Shown here: piece after piece, positions 61,817 through 64,000 of the stretch
How positions within the stretch are numbered: the first letter of the stretch is position 1
Layout of the letters: the number at the start of each line of letters is the position of its first letter
Source of the DNA: an uncultured virus (IMG/VR IMGVR_UViG_3300015608_003726)
Lineage: Duplodnaviria; Heunggongvirae; Uroviricota; Caudoviricetes
Reading direction: 5' to 3' (one strand)
Length of the DNA: 64,000 bases
IMG/VR virus record: IMGVR_UViG_3300015608_003726
Notes under the pieces: generated by a model
Seen by the model: only the letters and a program-made list of their open reading frames with translations
What the model was told of the DNA's origin: nothing
The model's database searches: none
Made by a program: the position numbers and the translations under genes

Positions 61817-62512
61817 TCAATTTATCTTAATATTAGGAGATGGACCATATGTTCCATTACTTCCTATAGATGGGTTTTTTGCATTAATAACGATATTTGA
61901 AGATTTTGTTTGTTCTTGTATTTGTTTTAGTAATGTATTAAAATTTTCTAAATAGACAGCATAAGAATTTAAAACTTCATACATTTTACCGATATCTTTT
62001 TGCACATCGTTTATTAAATCAGGAATGTCTGCGCATGGATTTTCAGATAATGTTCTATCTTTATACTTCCAAACGTCTTCCGGAGAAACCTCATTTGTAA
62101 TATCTCTTTTTGGATAATCCCAAATTTCTTTTGCTGATATTGTGTTATTAACTATTCCTAACGTATTTGCAAACGGAGCAGTTTCCTCGCTTCCATTCCA
62201 GAAAAAAGGAATAGATCCTACTATTTCATCATTTTCTCTATCGTAGTTGCTACCAATTTTTTTTCTTATTTCTATTAAATAATATTTGTCCGACTGTACT
62301 GCTTCTAAATCTTTTTGAAAAGTATAATAATAAAAACCTATTCTTTCTTCATCTTCTTCTAAGTCTATAGCAAAATTTTCCTGTTCGCTCAAATCAAAAA
62401 CGGCAAATGATTCTGAAGAAACATTCCATAAATATGATAAATCAGATGCTTTGTATAAATTTGCATACAAAGAAAGTCCAGTCTGATCGCTATATGTTAT
62501 ATCAAAAGCCAT
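61817..62512 (-). CDS. Putative virion protein (231 aa)
   Basis: TGLSLYANL N-terminal domain; repeated AKEIWDYPKRDIT / PEDVWKYKDRTLS motif; C-terminal coiled coil. Confidence 0.65.
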   Translation of the reverse strand: MAFDITYSDQTGLSLYANLYKASDLSYLWNVSSESFAVFDLSEQENFAIDLEEDEERIGFYYYTFQKDLEAVQSDKYYLIEIRKKIGSNYDRENDEIVGSIPFFWNGSEETAPFANTLGIVNNTISAKEIWDYPKRDITNEVSPEDVWKYKDRTLSENPCADIPDLINDVQKDIGKMYEVLNSYAVYLENFNTLLKQIQEQTKSSNIVINAKNPSIGSNGTYGPSPNIKIN

Positions 62513-62553
62513 ATATTAATATATACCAAAAAATCAAGCAAAAACCTTGTTTT

Positions 62554-63999
62554 TTAACTGTAATAAAGAATCCATTTTGTTGTGCCATTTATCTCAACTC
62601 TAATTGCTCCGTCGTTAGTCCACGTTGTTGACGTAGATACATTTGTTGTTTTGTCTGCGGCAGAATCTCCTCTAAAATCTATAAAAGGAGTTGTTGCGTT
62701 CGTGCCTTCTGTGCAATCAATTTCTAAAGCTTGATTTCCGCTCGCTCCTGCATTAGCAACAAGTCTTAATACTTGCGTTGAATTAGGATTTAAATCAGCA
62801 GTCAATGATTCGCCAGTAGCCATAACAGTAAGTCCGTCTTCAACTAACAAAGAAATCCTGCATGTCAGTGTTGCGTTTGTTCCTGCAACAGGAGCTCCTG
62901 TTATTGAAACATTTATTGCATTCGTCACTGTTGAAGCCGATGCAAAAGCATACGTTGGAGCAGTAATTCTATATGCTCTTTGGGTGCTAATTGCTCCTGC
63001 TGCCCATGTATATGTCTGAGCATTGTCAAAAGTAACCTGAGAAGCCTCTGTTGATGCAGTAAGAGAAGAAACAGCAGTTCCTGTGTAATAAAATTGAGGA
63101 CTTGCCGAGTTGTGCCCAGAAAGCCTTAGTTTTTGAGAGTTTGCAGAGGCGAAGTATATTGTGCTTGTTCCTCCATGATACATACCTGCCTGAGTACCAT
63201 TCGTAAAAGAATAAGAAGGCGCAGATGCAGAACCGTCTGCCATTCTAAAAGGCAAATCTCCCCTCAGTATAGTTGTGGATATCTGGAACCTAACAGTGCC
63301 GCTTGTTGCGAATCCTAATGTATTTGCTGTAGCTAAATACATACCAGCATTTGTTGTTCCGCTAAAAGAAAATGCAGGTGCAGAAACCGAACCATCTGCA
63401 GTCCTATTTGGTAAAGTTGTAATAATATCAGTAGAACCATTTATATACATCCTTCTCGTTCCTGCAGTTGAGAAGTTTAAAATATTTGTTGCTGTATAAT
63501 AGATTCCGGTTGAAGAATCTGTAGAAAAAGAATATGCAGGATTTGCCGCAGAACCATCTAAATTAAGAATTTGTGTTATAGATGTCAATGTAAGAGATGT
63601 TGAGCTAATTGATAATCTTTTTGTTCCGCCTGTCGATATAGCAAAACTATCAGATGCATCGGAATATATTCCGGTATTTGTGTCTGTCGTAAAACAAATA
63701 GAAGGTAAAGAATTACTTCCAGATGGTACAGATGTTTGTCCGCTCTGAACATATAAAGCAAAAGCATTCGTTATTGTTACATTTGTTCCTGCAGCAGGTG
63801 CATCGGATATTGAAAGCGTAGCTGCTGTTGTTATTGTTTGAGTTGCAGACGAAGCGCTATACGTAGCAGATAATATCGCAACAGATCTTTGAAGAGCAAT
63901 AGTTCCGCCAGTTGTAAATTGAACTGTTCTTCCTAAATTAAAATATACATCGCTCGTTTCGCCTGCCGTTAAAGTAGTATGAGCAGGACCAGTAAGAGA
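62554..63999 (-). CDS. Tail fibre protein, 5'-truncated by the window edge
   Basis: Hand translation shows the frame open from 63999, so the track's TTG start at 63588 is internal. Four (D)GS...P..SF....TG.Y repeats and two ~85-aa repeats (QR...I...TY....T.T.A..SI..AP.AGTN.T.T). Confidence 0.8.
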   Translation of the reverse strand, partial: SLTGPAHTTLTAGETSDVYFNLGRTVQFTTGGTIALQRSVAILSATYSASSATQTITTAATLSISDAPAAGTNVTITNAFALYVQSGQTSVPSGSNSLPSICFTTDTNTGIYSDASDSFAISTGGTKRLSISSTSLTLTSITQILNLDGSAANPAYSFSTDSSTGIYYTATNILNFSTAGTRRMYINGSTDIITTLPNRTADGSVSAPAFSFSGTTNAGMYLATANTLGFATSGTVRFQISTTILRGDLPFRMADGSASAPSYSFTNGTQAGMYHGGTSTIYFASANSQKLRLSGHNSASPQFYYTGTAVSSLTASTEASQVTFDNAQTYTWAAGAISTQRAYRITAPTYAFASASTVTNAINVSITGAPVAGTNATLTCRISLLVEDGLTVMATGESLTADLNPNSTQVLRLVANAGASGNQALEIDCTEGTNATTPFIDFRGDSAADKTTNVSTSTTWTNDGAIRVEINGTTKWILYYS

Positions 64000-64000
64000 T

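Noticed and set aside
1865..63499. All short plus-strand ORFs and nested minus-strand ORFs in the track
   Set aside because: They lie antisense to, or out of frame within, long credible genes and have no recognisable motifs; treated as shadow ORFs.
63586..63588. TTG start of the fibre gene
   Set aside because: The frame stays open to the window edge and continues the same repeat types.
1..64000. Alternative genetic code (stop-codon reassignment seen in some large phages)
   Set aside because: Code 11 gives near-complete coding density with multi-kb ORFs, and TAA, TAG and TGA all end tightly packed genes.
52618..64000. Diversity-generating retroelement or invertible fibre cassette
   Set aside because: No reverse transcriptase, recombinase, near-identical TR/VR pair or inverted crossover sites were seen; the fibre repeats are diverged at the DNA level.
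1..64000. tRNA or rRNA genes, introns, inteins
   Set aside because: Intergenic gaps are short and AT-rich with no cloverleaf seen, and no intein or homing-endonuclease motifs were noticed. This was checked by eye only.

Overview
An AT-rich (roughly 30% GC by eye), densely coding segment in which every credible gene is on the minus strand. It reads as the neck, tail and tail-tip region of a large (probably jumbo) tailed phage using the standard genetic code. In transcription order (right to left): fibre/spike genes, a tnpB-only IS200/IS605 element, a three-gene appendage module, a head-tail adaptor candidate, accessory genes (Hsp20, PhoH, DNA methyltransferase), an actin-fold ATPase with two small upstream genes, neck and tail-completion proteins, tail tube, two tail-assembly-chaperone paralogs (one with a predicted -1 frameshift), tape measure, hub, and about 33 kb of tail-tip proteins (two exceed 2600 aa) built from propeller, lectin, FN3 and Ig-like domains. 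Two GT-B glycosyltransferases lie among the tail genes. The best candidate for an undescribed system is the actin module, whose ATPase resembles haloarchaeal volactin-type actins as recalled from memory. Also notable are possible virion glycosylation, two recurring promoter-like motifs, and a TnpB insertion whose predicted guide is the RBS and start codon of a structural gene. All homology calls come from motif recognition by eye; no searches were run.
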